From: Carcharhinus longimanus
Taxonomy: Eukaryota
Assembly: GCA_030264375.1 (NCBI GenBank)
Contig: JASCQW010000112.1
Location: 31,301,529-31,365,528 of the forward strand
DNA length: 64,000 nt
Reading direction: 5' to 3'
Shown: piece by piece, positions 37,120 to 52,432 of the stretch
Layout of the letters: the number at the start of each line of letters is the position of its first letter
Position numbering within the stretch: the first letter of the stretch is position 1
Position numbers and translations under genes: made by a program
Notes under the pieces: model-generated
What the model saw: the letters and a program-made list of their open reading frames with translations, nothing else
Told to the model about the DNA's origin: nothing
Databases searched by the model: none

Positions 37120-38290
37120 TCATTTAAGTAATATTCTCCATTTCTATTCTTCCTGCCGAAGTAGTCAAACTCACGCTTTCCCATATTTTGTTGCATCTAC
37201 TGTTTTTTTTTTACACACTCCCTTAACCTGTCAGTATCCCTTCACAGACGCTGTGTCCTCTTCACAATTTTCTTTACCGTCTATCTTTGTGATGTCAGCA
37301 AATTTAGCTATTGTACATAGTTGAGGCCCACTGGGAATACACTGGCTATGGTTTTCCAACCCAAAAATGACCCATTTAATCCAACTCTCTGCTTCCTGTT
37401 AGTTAACCAATTCTCTATGCATTCTAATCTATTATTCCCAATGCCATATTGTGTGGTAACCTTTTATATGACACCTTATCAAATGCATTTGTACACCCAA
37501 ATACACCACAGATACAGGTTCCTATTATCTGCTGGTTACTTATTCAAAGAACTCCTATGAATTAGTTTTATGACAGGGAAATAGAATTTGACTATGTTGA
37601 CTCTGCCTGATTGTATTATGATTTTTATTTAAATGTCTCCTATTACCTCAAAAATGGATTCAAGCATTTTTCATATAACCATTGTTAGGCTAACTGGCCA
37701 ATAGTTTTCCTGCTTTCTGTATCCTTTTTTTGAATAGAGCTGTTACATTTGCAGTTTCCCAATCTGTTGGGACTGAATTTTGGAACCCACTTCTTTAAGA
37801 CCCTAGGATGCAGGTCTTCAGATCCAAGGGACTTCCAGCATTTAGTCCCAGTAGCTTCCCAGTACCTTTTGCCTAGTGATTGATTATTCTAAGTTCCTTC
37901 CTCCCTCTTCCCTCTTGATTTTCAACTATTACTGAGATGCTTTTCATATTTTCTACAGTGAAGGCTCATACAAAATACCTGTTCAATGACATTTCCTTGT
38001 TCCCCATTACTAATTTTCAGTTTCTGCCTTCAAGGGACAAATGTTAACTTTAGCTAGTGTCCTTTTTTATCTGCCTATAAAACCTCTTACTGTTTGCTTT
38101 TATATTACTAGCTAGCCTTCTCTCATACTTTAATTTCTCCCTTTTTAAAAAAAAGTCATTCTGAGCTGGTTTCTGAAATTTGTCTGATCTCACCTACCAT
38201 TAATCTTCATAGTATTGTACATGTCATCTTTCACTTTTATTCTATCCCTAACTTTCTTGGTTAGCCAAGGAACAGTGCACCGATCTCCTA
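37120..38290 (-). mobile_element. Degenerate CR1-type LINE fragment
   Basis: gtcagcaaattt (KFAD reversed), ccttatcaaatgc (AFDK reversed), gttaggctaactggcc (RPVSLT reversed). Confidence 0.65.
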
Positions 38291-41234
38291 GTCTTTCTCA
38301 ATGAATAGTCAATATTATAAAAATGTTTTCAAAATCTACAATTGCAGCATTTGGGGCCAGATACCAAATTTTTTTTAAATAAAACAAAACTGCTGGTTAA
38401 GATGAGATAAAATTAAGTGGAAAGGCTGTCTTCATACAATCAATAAAATCATTTGGCTTTTTGCATTGTAGCTTATTTCTCACCTTGTTATTAGCAGCTG
38501 TTTGCATGCCTGTGTTTATGTAATGATTGAGTTTGTCATTTGACGACTTCAGAATATTTATTGGGCTTCTTTCTTCATAATCTGGAACAGGTGTACAGAA
38601 ATAGTCAGATTGGAAGATTGGTATTGTATAATGATAGGCTGAGAATTCTACCAGAAACCATACTTCAACATATGTAAACCAAACGGTACATTTAATATGA
38701 TCTCAGCTGGAGTGGTGAATGGTATATCAAATGCCATTTTCAAACGTGGTGCAGACAAGAATGCCTCTTTCACCACGTCAGCTTTACTATCTGGTCTTGC
38801 TAATTGATGAATAGCTCAGAGATTTAATGGCAGTATGTTGAATTTCGATGAACAATCTTAAGAAAAAGTAGTGAAGAGCAATTTATAATTTGTCAAGGAA
38901 AATTGTTAGTGGTTTACTCCTAATGCAACACTTGCTACTTGGGGAAATTGCCAAACAGTTGGGAAAATCTGAAGATCTGCTTTAATGTTTCTGCATCAGC
39001 TAAAGAATAGTCCACAGAACTGCTAATATAGCTCAGCATCCTGTCTTCATTGTAAAACTTTCAGCTGAAGTTCTGTTTTGATACTAAGCTTGCTGAACCA
39101 TAAATCCCAACTATTCCTCATGCTCCATTTAATGCTGTACTGCATTTTGGGACACTGATAACTCATTTTCTCCTGGAAAACCAAACACAACTGCCATAAT
39201 TCAGTAGTTACATCACAGTTTTATCTACTAATGGGCCTAATGAATGATCCAGTAATTCTGGGATGGAGCTTCTCAAGTTGATTAAAGCACTTCAGTCAGC
39301 TCTGATTTCCGTTCTAGCATAAAACAAAGTAGAAAGTTTGTTGTTAACAAGTTCACCAAAGCAACACCCATTATAGTAAAACTGTATATTAGTTCTTGTA
39401 TACATACGATAAATGTGCTTAAAATAATTTTTGTTCTGGAACAAAATTGGGTATCTGTTTGAAAAATAGGGCACAAACTTGTGGTTGTAATGTGTTTCTT
39501 TTTTTCATGTTGCCCACTGGATGAGACTGAGATAATTTCAGTGAAAAATAAATGTTTGATTATTTAAATTCGCTCAGTCTGAAAAATCCAGAGCCCTCAT
39601 CTACTAAGAGGAGTCCAGTCGACGTACCGGAATTTCCCTTAATGAATTAAAATGTTCATCGGCGTTGTACTTTGTACAATGAGTAATGAGTTGTACAGAT
39701 TAAGAAGATAATTAAATTCAGTTCTGAGTTATTTTATCACAAGGCTGGGGAAGATAGGGATGGTAGTTTTGTTTTATTGGTCAGTGAAAGCCAATAAGCT
39801 CTTGTGACGGATATCCAATAACCTCCTAATAAAACACGGTTGTGCTGATGTTGGCCAAAGATAGACGTGAGCTCGGTTGTGATAATTCTACTGTCAATTC
39901 CACCCTGCCCCAATCCTCGAAGGGTAAAATAACCTGCCATGTTGAAGTTTGTCTTTAAGACTGTCATGGGGAAAAGCACTGTAGATGCCTGGCATCTCTG
40001 GAGCTGTACCCAGCAAGGAGGGAGAGCAGCAACTTAATTATCAGCAGCCCTAAGTAGGTCAAGGATACCTGAGAACTTCACTAATTGTCCAGCTGGATAA
40101 TTCAGTGTATCAGCTAGTATCTGCACTCTCGCTCTCTCTTTTTAGAATTGCTGAAGTATTGGTACTTTGACCGGACTAGATTTATTGCTTTAGTGTGTTA
40201 AGCAATTGTGCCAGTTCAGAAATGTTTTCCCACACTTCCTGATGGACATTAATGGAGATTAAATGATCCATGTTGCCATTTTGGCTCTACTATTTTAAAA
40301 TAAGTAAATATTTAATGTAGATTTTTGTTGTATTGCTGATATCAGACCTGACCTGAGAGATTGAGGAAACTGGGCCTGTATTCTCAAGTTTCAGAGAACA
40401 AGAGGTGATCTCCTCATCAAAACTTACAAATTTCTTACAGGGTGGATGTAGGAAGGATGTTCCCCTGACTGGTGAGTCCAGAACCAGAGGATCCCATCTC
40501 AGAATATGAGGATGGTGAATTTTTGGAATTCTCGACCTCCGTGGACTGTGGAAATTCAATCACTGAGTATGTTCAAGACCAAAATCGATAGAATTCTGGA
40601 GACTAACGACATTGAGGTATATGGGAATAGAGCGGGAAAGTGGTGTTGAGATAGATGATCAGCCGTGACCTGTTTGAATAGCAAAAGAAGCTTGATGGGC
40701 TGAATGGCCTATTCCTACTCCTGTGATCCCTGTATGATTATGGAAATGAATTTTTGGATTCTTGTGGGGTTAGTAGAATCCATGAGGTTCTCAGAGACAT
40801 TTATAAGCGACATTTATAATATGAATTCAAAAAGTAGGGTAGAGTAACTTAGTTGCTAGCTGCCTGCATGTACACATGCACTGAGCTTGGTTCTCTAATT
40901 CTTTTGTTATTTGAAACATAATCAGTGAGACAGTATTGAGGGGAGCAAGATGTAGGATTCAAATAAAAACACACAATGGTGAAATATGAATGGTGTCTGT
41001 TTGTATATTTATTGGCTGCTTTGCCCTGTCACACGTCTGCTCTGGAGATTACCAAAGATTTTTTGCGTGCATCCAGCTTCAGCCTTGACTGGCTTCAAAT
41101 TAATATTTCTGGAAATGGATATTAGTAATCTTAGAGGCAGAAAGCCATTTGCACATTCCCAAAAGGCTTTGAAAACCATTGTTTTAACTAAATTTGTGAT
41201 CTGTTACCCTCTTTGATACATTAAAAGAAAAAGA

Positions 41235-42370
41235 GCAGAACTTGTGTTTATGCAGAAGCTTTATCATGTCTTCAGCACATCTCATAGTTCTCTGTGTTCA
41301 GTGAATAACTTTTGAAGGGTAGTCACTTATGTATGTAAGCAGAAATAGCGACCAATAGCACAAATCAATATACAACTAATTAAATTACTATGTTGTGGGT
41401 TGTAGTTCAGGAGAGAACATTAATCTAAGCACTGGGGAGCTCTGTGTTCTTTGAATAATATCATAGGATCCTTTACATCATTGTTCCCAACCTTTCATGC
41501 TAGAAAAGATTTTGAGGCACATCTCCTATTTTCTGCAACTGAACTGTCCTCTTGCAAAAAACCTTTACCTCTAAAACTTCCTTAAAACACATCAAGCCAC
41601 ATTTAATACAATTTTCGTTAGTTTAAGTGAAAGCCTTATCATTTGCATGTCAAATATCTAGGGCCTGTTTCTCCTTTTCTTAACTTTATCAGTTCCTGTT
41701 TCTTGTCTCCTTCCCTTACTGGAAATTTCATTTTTTTCCTTCTCTGTGCCTCACTCCTGTTTGTTTTTTCAACTTCTTTCTCTCTCCCAGGCTTTTGTGT
41801 CCTTTTGTGTTTCTGTTTTTTGTGCAGACCCCTGGGGCCTTTGTCTCCAACTCCATAGTTGACATCTCCAATTCCCAAAGGACCTAGGATCTTCTGTACA
41901 TTTGTAAACTAGGAAAGGGCCCCACATGCGCAGTGCTGATTTTTTTTTTAATATATCGGTTAGGCCCATGAGCATGCTGCTGACCAATATTTAAAAATCT
42001 GAACTGTGCATGTGCAACCCATTCCCACCTAGTGTGTGCACTGTTTGGATTACCAACAGCACATGTGTGGCTCATTCCCAGCCAGCGCATGAGTGGGAGG
42101 CCCAAGGTTCATCAAGATTTGGAGATGCTGACCACAAAGCAGAAAATGAAGATTAGATTTAGTTTATTAACATTGGTGTTTAATCACCTTGAATCTTATT
42201 TTGTGGCTCACTTGTGGAGCCTTTGTCATGGCACACTGGTTGGGAATCTGTGATCTAAGATGTCTCAGTTGGGGGCCTCAGTTTAACAACAGATACAATC
42301 CTTCTGATGAGGCAGCATTCTCTTAGTGCTGAACTGGAATGTCAGCAAGCCTATATTTGCTGAAGCTATG
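41235..42370 (-). mobile_element. Deu-domain SINE split by a ~775-bp hAT/MITE-like insertion (41478-42255)
   Basis: SINE halves ...ataggatcctttacatc | ...gggggcctcagtttaac...gtcagc; insert ends cattgttcccaacc and ggttgggaatctgtg. Confidence 0.55.
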
Positions 42371-42394
42371 GAATGGTTCTAGTTTACAGCGTAG

Positions 42395-42815
42395 ATCTTG
42401 GTGGTATCACTCTATGCTCTCCGTCTGAAGGTTATGGTTCCAAACCCATTCCAAAGATTTGAGCTATAATATAGGCTGATACTTTAGAATGGTACTGAAG
42501 GAGTATTGCTTTCTTGGAGGTGTCCTTTTCTGAACAAACATTAAACCAATTTCCTGCCTGTCTGCTGAGATGGATGCAAGAGTGGCATCATTTGGTGAAG
42601 AAGGGTTCTTATGCTATCCTGACAAGCATTTATCTTTCAACAAACACAATTTTAAAAAAAAAATTCAACAAAAATTCAAAAGCTGTTTTGAGGTGTTGCT
42701 GTGTGGAAATGTAGGCTTTGCCTATAATTGTAACTCCACTTAAAATTACATTGTAGGATATCCCAAAATAATCTAAGGTCATTAGAAAGTGATACGACCA
42801 GAAGAGCTTTCTTCC
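42395..42815 (+). mobile_element. Deu-domain SINE (SacSINE1/AmnSINE-like)
   Basis: gatttgagctataatataggctgatact...gtactgaaggagtattgc...ggaggtg...cattaaacc...gagatggatgcaagag. Confidence 0.6.
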
Positions 42816-45800
42816 TTCAGAATCAGAAAGAAATCAATGGAGTCACACATCTTTCTCCTTTGCTCTCCCTGAAGCATGGGCTTGCTAGCTGCTAATTTTG
42901 CTCATTTCTGTGTCTCTAGCACCATTTACTTCATGCACAGATCAGAAATTTGGGGAATTCATCAGTACTTGGTGGAGGAAATATTTAAATCAGCTGTTAC
43001 ATAAAGTTTGGAAAACAAGAGCAGGATTATTTTGTATGCTAATTCTATACTTGAGTCTCCAATTTATGTATATTGTACTTGTTTAATTATGCAGTTAATT
43101 TTCATTTTGGACCATGCAATGAATATACTTGTAAAACATTTATTTTCTGAAACTTCCGTCCCAACTGAATATTTGGTTAAAATCAATGCATCTATTTCAA
43201 ACCAGTTTAACTTTCCTACTTGTATTATCTTTGAGACACTAGTGTCTCATTAATTTTGGGTGTTAAAGGTGCAGGCGATTAGCATTGTTGCAGCCCTTGT
43301 GCACTTGCCTTCATCCTTAAGCTGTCTGAGCCTTAGATAATAGACATTGGATTTCCCCGCTTACTAAGTTGAGACCGCCTATTCTTTAGTCAACAGTTCC
43401 AACTATTGAGCTGTTTTCATCAGATGAACCATTAATTTTCAGGACCCAAAAAGACCTGTCACTTGATCATAGATCAAACCCGTCCAATGCCTTCAAATTA
43501 CTCACTGTCTTCTCCAAACACAATCAGTTTTTTTGCCAGTTTGTACTGCAGCCTTCTCCACTGCTTTACAAACTTTTGTGTGTGGAAGGTCCTGCTTCAA
43601 AATTTTGCAACTCCAGGGCAAATATCCCCTGCCTGATTTCCAAAAGATGGTGTATAGGAAGATAGTGCTAACACTGAAGAAAATCATATCCAGAAATAAC
43701 GTGCAATTGGTCAACAGGCACTGAAAGAGAAAATTAAAGCGAACGCACATTTCTCTGACACTGCACCCCAGTATGTGGACAGACATTGCTCCAGTTTAGA
43801 AAACCTCATGTGTTTAGTAATTTGTTCTGAAACTGTTGACATCACTTTGGTAACAATCTAATTTATGCCACATTGTATTTAAATCTTTCTTCTAGTGAAC
43901 GATTTCCTTTAATCACCTTGTCAATGCCCTTCATTGTCAGGAAGATGTTGACATGTTCACTTCAAAGTTCTTTTTGATGTTTTCCTCTACATTCTGAAGG
44001 TGAAAGTATCTCTATTATGAGATAACAAGTCTACGAACAGACCTCTAAATGGCATCCAACCAACATCTCAAAAAACGTTACCTTCTAAATTCTATTCAGT
44101 CCCTTTTGATGTGAAGTAGTGCCACATTTGCCTTTTTTAACCACAGTAAGCCCTCCTGATTTACACAATGAAGGAATGGTACACTGCAGCCCCTATTTCT
44201 CACCTTTGTCCTCAATAATTCAATAATGCCTTTGGCTTACTAACATTTATCAATCTCTGTTTTAAAATTAACAATTCTATTGAACCAGGATCAATTCCCA
44301 TTTGTGGAAGAGAGTCCCAGACTTCGATTGCCCTTTGCTTGAGGTACTGTTTCATAATTTCACTTCTGAAAGGTCTAGCTCAAAAAACCTAAGTCTTAAA
44401 CTTATCAGCTAATGGAAATAATTTCTCTCAATCTATCCTATTAGTTCCCCTAGTATCATAAAAACTTTGATTAACCTTCTCAATTCCGGGAGTAGCAATC
44501 CTAGTTTATTTAAACACTCTTCATAGCTTAATCCTGGGATTAAACTTATTCTACGCTTTCTCCAAGACCAATATATCCTTCCTAAACTGCTCATAGCACT
44601 CAAGGCTTGGATTATTGAATTACTTTACAATAATTCATATTGCATCTGATACCAATTTAAAAAATCCAAATCCTTCAAAATCTATTTGTACTGCCTCTTC
44701 TGCAATCAAAAAAAAATTTTGTTTTTTGTTTATCCCTTGGTTCAATTCAATATAATTTTATTAATACAACTGAAATAGCCAAAGTCTAAATACCAGGACA
44801 TTCTTTCAATTTCTATCCAACCTGAAAAGTTCTAACAAAAGGCTATTGATTCTCTTTTTTTAGAGTCACTCAAATAAATTCGAAACGTTTTGTCTACTTC
44901 AGATATTAATTATTGATGTAGAACTTTGTGGAGAGCATTCAGGAAAATGAAATTCCTTTTTTTGCCAATTTTTCAGTGTCCTTTCTGGGGTGGTATTGGC
45001 TAATTGCTGGTTCCTTTTAGTGTTAGCATCATTTTGTATTAATCTCATTTATGAACCCTGCCATTTGGCATTAAGAGCTAATCACCTATGTGCATGGGAG
45101 AGTGGTGGAATTAGGTATGCAGATCAAATTCCCATTAATGTAACATTGAATGATTTTCTTTCTGGAGTGTGTTTAATTACTCTCTCATTTCCAAGTACCT
45201 GTTCCAAATTTGGCAAACTTGCATAAATGTTGGAGCATCAGTACTGTCAGTCCTATTCTCCTTTTTAAGATTCATTTGTGTAAGTTGGCTGGAACAGGTT
45301 GTTTATCTATTTTCAGAGCACTTAAATATGTAATTACATTTTTATTTGCGTAGATTTTCCATTCCTGTTGCTGAGACTCTGACATGGTAAATTGCCCTTC
45401 TTTCTAATAAAGATAGGTGTGGGTTAGACTATTTATTTACTTTCTCTGTCCCTGGACGCTTCATTGCCAATATCATGGTTAAATGGATTGATGCGTCCTA
45501 ACACTCTCTTTTTTTCCAAATATGTTTATAGTAAGTACCGTTCCAAATGTTCAGAGTTGTCGTAAAGCGTCTTGACTTTTAATTATTGTCTTTTAATCCA
45601 TCTTTCCTATTACTGATTCTACGGGCTAATCCATTCCTATAAAATCAAAGAGATGATTGATCTGGATATTTCAGAACAAATTTTTTGATGTTAGCTGAGG
45701 GGGAAAATGTTAGCCAGGTTACTGAACTGCACCAACTTACCCTTTCTATCCCACTTTCTCACTCATTCTGCATCCCAGCCTGCTAATAGCAAGGCCGGTT

Positions 45801-46088
45801 ATAGAAACTCCATTGTGGCCTTGAATGAGATGGGCCAGTCATGCAGATCAAGAATCAACTGAGGCATTCCTAGAGCATTAGACTTACTTTTGCCCCAGAT
45901 AATGTATTTGCAAATGACTTGTATTGTTGTAAAGGATGCCCATTTTTCTGGATCCATGTGAAATCCTCTAATTGTGAATTTATATCTGTTGCACTATAGT
46001 GAAGTAATAAGAACAAGCAATGAACTTATTGATGTAAGGGTGCTATTCTGATGTTCTTGCCTACTTCGATGTTTTTCCTAGGTTGTGA

Positions 46089-46457
<369 letters not shown>

Positions 46458-46959
46458 TAATATAGAATCCGAGCATGCAGTTTTTTACTTGTACTGGAAA
46501 TATTAATGCATATTATAAATATAGCTTGGTTGAGTTTGCAGCAAGGAAGAAATGTTGGCGCTCTTCAATGCATGTCCAATCTTCCCTGGCTGATGAGATG
46601 CCTTGATTTACTTGCTCAGCTGCTGTATTTAATTTTCAAGCACGGCCATTTCCTTAATTGGAGATTAATCTGTTTTTCGAATCTTCTCAATGCATGATGG
46701 TAGAAAATGAGTAATCCTGTATTTTTTGATGTTTAGGAATATGAAGACTCTTGCAGAAATAACTTGTTATTCATCTTGTACAGCACATATATAAGCTTTG
46801 GGGATATAATTGTATATTATTATACTTTTGAACTCTACCATCTACATGACTAGGTAGATATTTAAAATGTCAAGGCTTAGTCAAAGAAGAGTAAGATTAC
46901 TTCCTCTCTCAAATCTATACTATTTATATCTATTTTATATGTTTTGCTGTTGCAGACAT

Positions 46960-48460
46960 TGCTTTGGAGAGGAATGGAATATAAAAGCAAGGAATTCTCT
47001 TTACAATTGTATAGGACATTGATGAGACCACATCAAGTGTATTGTGTAGAACTTTATTCTCAATTAATAAAGGATATATCTGCATTGGAACCTGAACCTT
47101 CAAAGGAGATTCACAAGGCTGATTCCCGAGATGGAAAATTGTCTTATGAGGGAGAGATAAGCAGGTTAAAAGTTTAGAAGGATGGGAGATGATCTTACTG
47201 AAATGTATTAGATTCTGAGGGGGCTTGACAAGCTAGATGCTGAGAGATTTTTTGATGTTAGCTGAGAGAATCTAGAATTAGGGGCATGGTTTAAAAATAA
47301 GGGGTCTCTCATTTAAGACCATAGACGAGGAAGAATTTCTCCCAGGGGCCGTTAATGCATGGAATTATCTTCTCCAGAAAGCAGTAAAGACTGGGTGATT
47401 GAATATATTTTAAGGCTGAGTTGGACAGATTTTTGATTGACTAAGGAGTCACGAGTTCTGGGGCTCAGGTAGGAAAATGGAGATAAGGCCACAATCATAT
47501 CAGTCATTATCTTATTGAAAGGCTCTGTGGGCTGAATGACCTACTTCTATTTCTTATGAACAGTTGTTCCATTTGACTGCAGGATAGTCAGTGCCCTCAA
47601 AGTAATTCATTAACTGAAGTGCTTTGAGATGCTTTACTATATAAATATATTAGTTCAAGAGGACATAAAGACCCTACAAGTGGATATAGATAGGTTAAGC
47701 GAGTGGGCAAAAATATGGTGGAATGGAGTATAATGCAGGAAAAATGTGAACTTGTCCACTTTGGCAGGAAAAACTACATAATTTATTTGGAGAGAATGCA
47801 GATCTCTATGATATAGAGGGATTTGGGTGTCTAGGTACATGAATCACAAAAAGTTGGCGTGCAAGGTACAGCAAGTGATTAGGAAGGCTAATGGAATGTT
47901 GGCATTTGGAGAATTGAGTGTAAATGTTGGAAAGTGTTGCTGTCACAGCTGAATGGAGCCATTGTGAGTCTTCATCTGGAGTGCTATGTACAGTTTTGGC
48001 CTTTTTACTTAAGAATATAATTTCATTGGAAGCAGTCCAGAAAAGGTTCACTTGACTAATTCCTGGCACGAAGGGATTAGTGTATGAGGAACAAGTTGGA
48101 CTTGTACCCATTGGAGTTGAGACGATATTCAAACATATAAGATCCTGAGGGAATGTGACAGGTTGGGTGCTGAGAGGATGTTTTTCTCTGTGGGAGAGTA
48201 TAGGGCAAGATACATAGTTTAAAAATTAAGAGTCTCCCATTTAAGACAGCAATGAGAATTTTTTTTTTCACAGAAGCCTATGGAATGCTCTTCCTCAGAG
48301 ATACAGAGGCTTGGTCATTGAATATATTCAAGGCTGAATTACACAGATTTTGGTAGCCAACGATGTCCAGGGTTAAGGAGTTCAGATAGATGGGTGAAGT
48401 CAAGGCCACACTATTATCTTACCGCGGGGCCAAATGACCACCACCTGCTCCTAGTTGTGT
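46960..48460 (+). mobile_element. Two tandem CR1-type LINE 3' fragments
   Basis: ORF remnant RGMEYKSKEFSLQLYRTLMRPHQVYCV is typical of the CR1 ORF2 C-terminus; the tail is repeated in 47660-48460. Confidence 0.7.
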
Positions 48461-48654
48461 AAGTGCCCTATGCTGGGAATCTATAATCCACTTTACATTT
48501 CATCAGACTACTCCATTTGCTTTTAAATTTTAGCATTAATGGAGTCTGATGTGAGAACTGGATTTAACTTGCCATCAAAGGTGCTTGGCTATTTTAGAAA
48601 TTTTGATAAGGGGAGATTGACACTGGGGACAAAATATTATGCTTTAACTTTATT

Positions 48655-48946
48655 GCACAATGGTTAGCACTGCTGCCTCACAGCGCCAGGGACCCAGGTT
48701 CGATTCCCGGCTTGGATCCCTGTCTGTGGAGTTTGCACATTCTCCCTTTGTCTGTGTTGGTTTCCTCCAGGTGCCCCGGTTTCCTCCTGTAGTCCAAAAG
48801 ATATGCAGGACAGATGAATTAGTCATGCTAAATTCTCCCTCTGTACCCAAACAGGCACTGGAATGTGGTGATTAGGGGATTTTCACTGTAACTTCATTGC
48901 AGTGTTAACGTAAGCCTACGTCTGACTAAAACTTTACTTTTACTTT
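48655..48946 (+). mobile_element. HE1-type tRNA-derived SINE
   Basis: tggttagcactgctgcctcacagcgccagggaccca, B box GGTTCGATTCC 48697-48707, (acttt)n tail. Confidence 0.85.
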
Positions 48947-51900
48947 GAAATCTCGTTAATTGATTGCATGTGGAAATATGACATTAATTTTAGGGCACCC
49001 CTCCAAAATGCTGAGCACCATTTGAGAGAATTAGATTTTTTAAAGACTTGCATTTTGCTGACCAGCCAGATGTCTCAAAAGTGCTTATAGCCAACAGAGT
49101 ACTTTTGATATATAGTCATTTTAAAAAAAGTAAGTTATGATTTGAACCGCAGCCTCATGCCTTGAAAAAGAGAGAAGGGAATTTAATGGGGCCCATTTTG
49201 CTGTGACAATAATGGTGAGACTAAAAGTTCTTACTGTTATTCACAAGTTGGACAACAATAACCAGTGGTAACACATGCACATTTAACTTTGAAATTCCTG
49301 AAATTGCTGATTTGAGATACACAGCCTCTCCAAAAGCTGCATGAAAATTACGTATCAGGACCTGGTTCCCCCATTAAAATACATTGAACAACGTGACATT
49401 CCTGTCCTAGCTATGTAGATACAAAAGCACCAAAAACAGTTAGGCCATACCCATTTCAGTGACAGAACTTTTCTAATTGCATGATATCTTAAAACCACCT
49501 CTCTGGCACTGGGATGTAACATTTAGCATGTAATCTCATTCCTTCAGCTTTTAATTATTGCTGGTGATGCAAACTTTTTTTTAACCTTTTCTTTGTCTCT
49601 CTATCCAACCCTTCCTTCCTGCTCTTTGTTTCACTTTTTCTATCTCTTTCCATTATTCAAATTTTAAAATTCCTGGTCCAGGTCATATGCTGCCCATTAA
49701 TAATTCTTCAATCAGCTTGGTTAAGGAGATGCATTGTTGCTTGCTCCATTCAGACAGGTTCCAGATCCCTTGCAGAGGGCAATTATCAGCTTGACATGTG
49801 AAAGCCCAAAAAGAGTCAATGGGTAAATTGACAAACAGCTGGTGCTGGTTTAATCACCACTCAGAGTACAATCCAACCAGAAGAGAATGAGCTGTCCAAT
49901 CAATTTTTTTGGTGCACTTTGTCAGGATAGAAACATCAAAAATAATAAATACTCAAATACAAATGTGACAAGTGTCAAATACTGTACAAAAAATAGTGTG
50001 AAAATTAGCCCCTTTAAAAAAAAAAATAATTTCTTGACACATTTCCCCAAATAATGAATTCCTGATTCGCTCAGTTGACTTGTACCTCACTGGAAAAGCA
50101 GCAGAATATACAGTCATTTTTTTAAGTCTAATGCCATCACCAGAAATGCAGTGATTTTTTTTTTAAAAAATCTAATCTGTTCTCAAATCCCGATAAGATT
50201 TCTACACATTGAAACACTTCTTTAAAACTTAAGAAATATGATCACTGTGTAACCTTCCAGCTGTGTATAGAATTTCATTGAGTTGAATTAGAAAGAAAGG
50301 AATCCAAGATGTGAGTTGAACCATTTCTCCTGAGGCATGTAGGAGCTAAGATCCGAATCAAGAACATGCAGGAAGCTTTTCTTCTGCCAACAATAGTCTA
50401 TGTTCTGCCAGATACCTGATACCATGTCCTTAAAAAACTTAAATGAGCATCAAGTTGCCTTGAGAATCAGATATTTGTTGTAATGGTCAGAATTTTCAAT
50501 AGGTAGACTAGTTCTTTAAAATAAAATGCAGCATTAACCGAGCACTGCAGAAATGAGTCCATGTGATGAACCAAATGGTGCAATGCAATGACATTTGTAG
50601 AGCAACTGCAGTCACCTAATTGAAAACTGATGAACATGCGGGGCACATGGCCGTATCTATTAAACGTGTTTCACTTTTACTGCAATCATATTTACATTTC
50701 AAAATTCCTGTTTTTCTTTAAAAGCAGTTTCCTGAGTTTCTAAAAGATTGGTTCAATAATACATCAGGTATCAACCTATTTTGTATGCATGTCAATCTGT
50801 TAGTGTTAGCCTGGATGAAAATATTAGCTCCCGTTTAAATGCTATTATTTGCTACAGAGTGAACAATAGTGCTTTTAATTTTTAAAAAAAGGTAAAAATA
50901 AGTCCACTGTCATTGCAACTGTTGCCAAATGTTCAGCTGTTAAAAGTTTTAAGTTACCTTTGTGATGATTACTTTGTTGCTATGTATACTGAGATAAAGC
51001 TTTGTGTGCTATTCAGTGAACATATTATGATTACAAAATCAATTAGCTGAGATTTCATGGCATTGAAGGAATATTAAAGAATGATATTGGGTCTTGCTGA
51101 TATTAAAAATGCAATGTCAGGATTTGTGATATGGTGCCATATACTTTGTGCTCTTTCACACCTTATTGGGCTTCTGTAATTTACATATGAATGAATTAAC
51201 TAAAAGCTGCTTTTGCTTTTAGAACAATGCAGCACTGAAAAAGGCCCTTTGGCCTAACTGGGCCATGCCGAACATGGTGCCCTCCCACCTAATCCCAATT
51301 GCCCCAGTTTGGCCCATATCCCTCTAATCCTTTTTGGGATTTTCTTTAGCCTTATCAGCCAGATCCATCTCAAACCTTTTTGCTCTCCTGATTTCTCTCC
51401 TAAGTGTACTCTTACACATAATGGTTTTTGGCCCCTTGTTTTGGTCTCTCCCACAAGAGGAAGCACTCTCCTCTACATGCACATTAACAAATGCCTTGGT
51501 AATTTTAACAATTTTCTGTTGTTATGATATTCTATGAAAATTTACCTTAAAGTCAGGCGTAAATATAATTGGTTTGAATTACAAAATAGAGTGGTTATAG
51601 CAGAGTGTGAGGCCATTCAGCCCATTGTTTTTATGCTGGCTCTCTGTAAGAGCAATTCTGCGAGTCCTGCTCACCTATCCTTTCCTGTAGTCCCAGCAAT
51701 TTTTTTCCTATATTGCTGAAAAGAGAAGCTTTTCGTATTGCATTCACCCAGACCAATGCAAGAACACCAAATTTTAAATAATTTGTACCACAGGAGACAA
51801 GGGGGCTCATTGGTTGGCAAGTTGACTCTGGCCAAGGTGTTGCCATGGAGAAAGCAATGGGGAACTATGGGCTCCCAGAGCTCCCTGGTAATTCAAAATA

Positions 51901-52432
51901 GGTGCCAAGGTTTCAACATATTCCCTTTTTGTTTGCAGATAACAGTCCCTGTGTAAGAACGTTTGTTGCCTCAAGCAAGTGTAAATGAAACTGGTTATGA
52001 GCTCAACCAATTAACTACACTAAACTCCTTCCTTCCTTAAATCACTCTACCGCCACCTCTGCTGATGGCAAGGACATAACCAGCAGTAGTGAAGGAGGAA
52101 TCTAGGAAATTAGCTGTGTGGTACAGTGGGTATGACTATGTTAGGCTGTTTTGTTTGAGTAATCTCTAGGACAGCTCTCTCAGTTTTTGAAACATAGTGA
52201 GGAGAACTCTGCACAGTTGAGTGGGCATGGTGTGTCTTTGCTGTGTCCATGTCAGTAAGAATGCCAGGTGTTTTAATCTGCTTTCATTATTCTTTGATTC
52301 TGTAGTGGTTTGATACAACTGAATGGTATGCTATTTCAGAGAGACATTAAGAATGATCCACTTTACTGTGGATCTGGTGTCACATGCAGGCCAGACCAGT
52401 TAAGGACAGGCAGTTTTCTTCCCCAAAGAATG

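Noticed and set aside
48655-48710. tRNA gene suggested by A and B boxes
   Set aside because: It continues into a SINE body and tail present in at least eight copies in the window.
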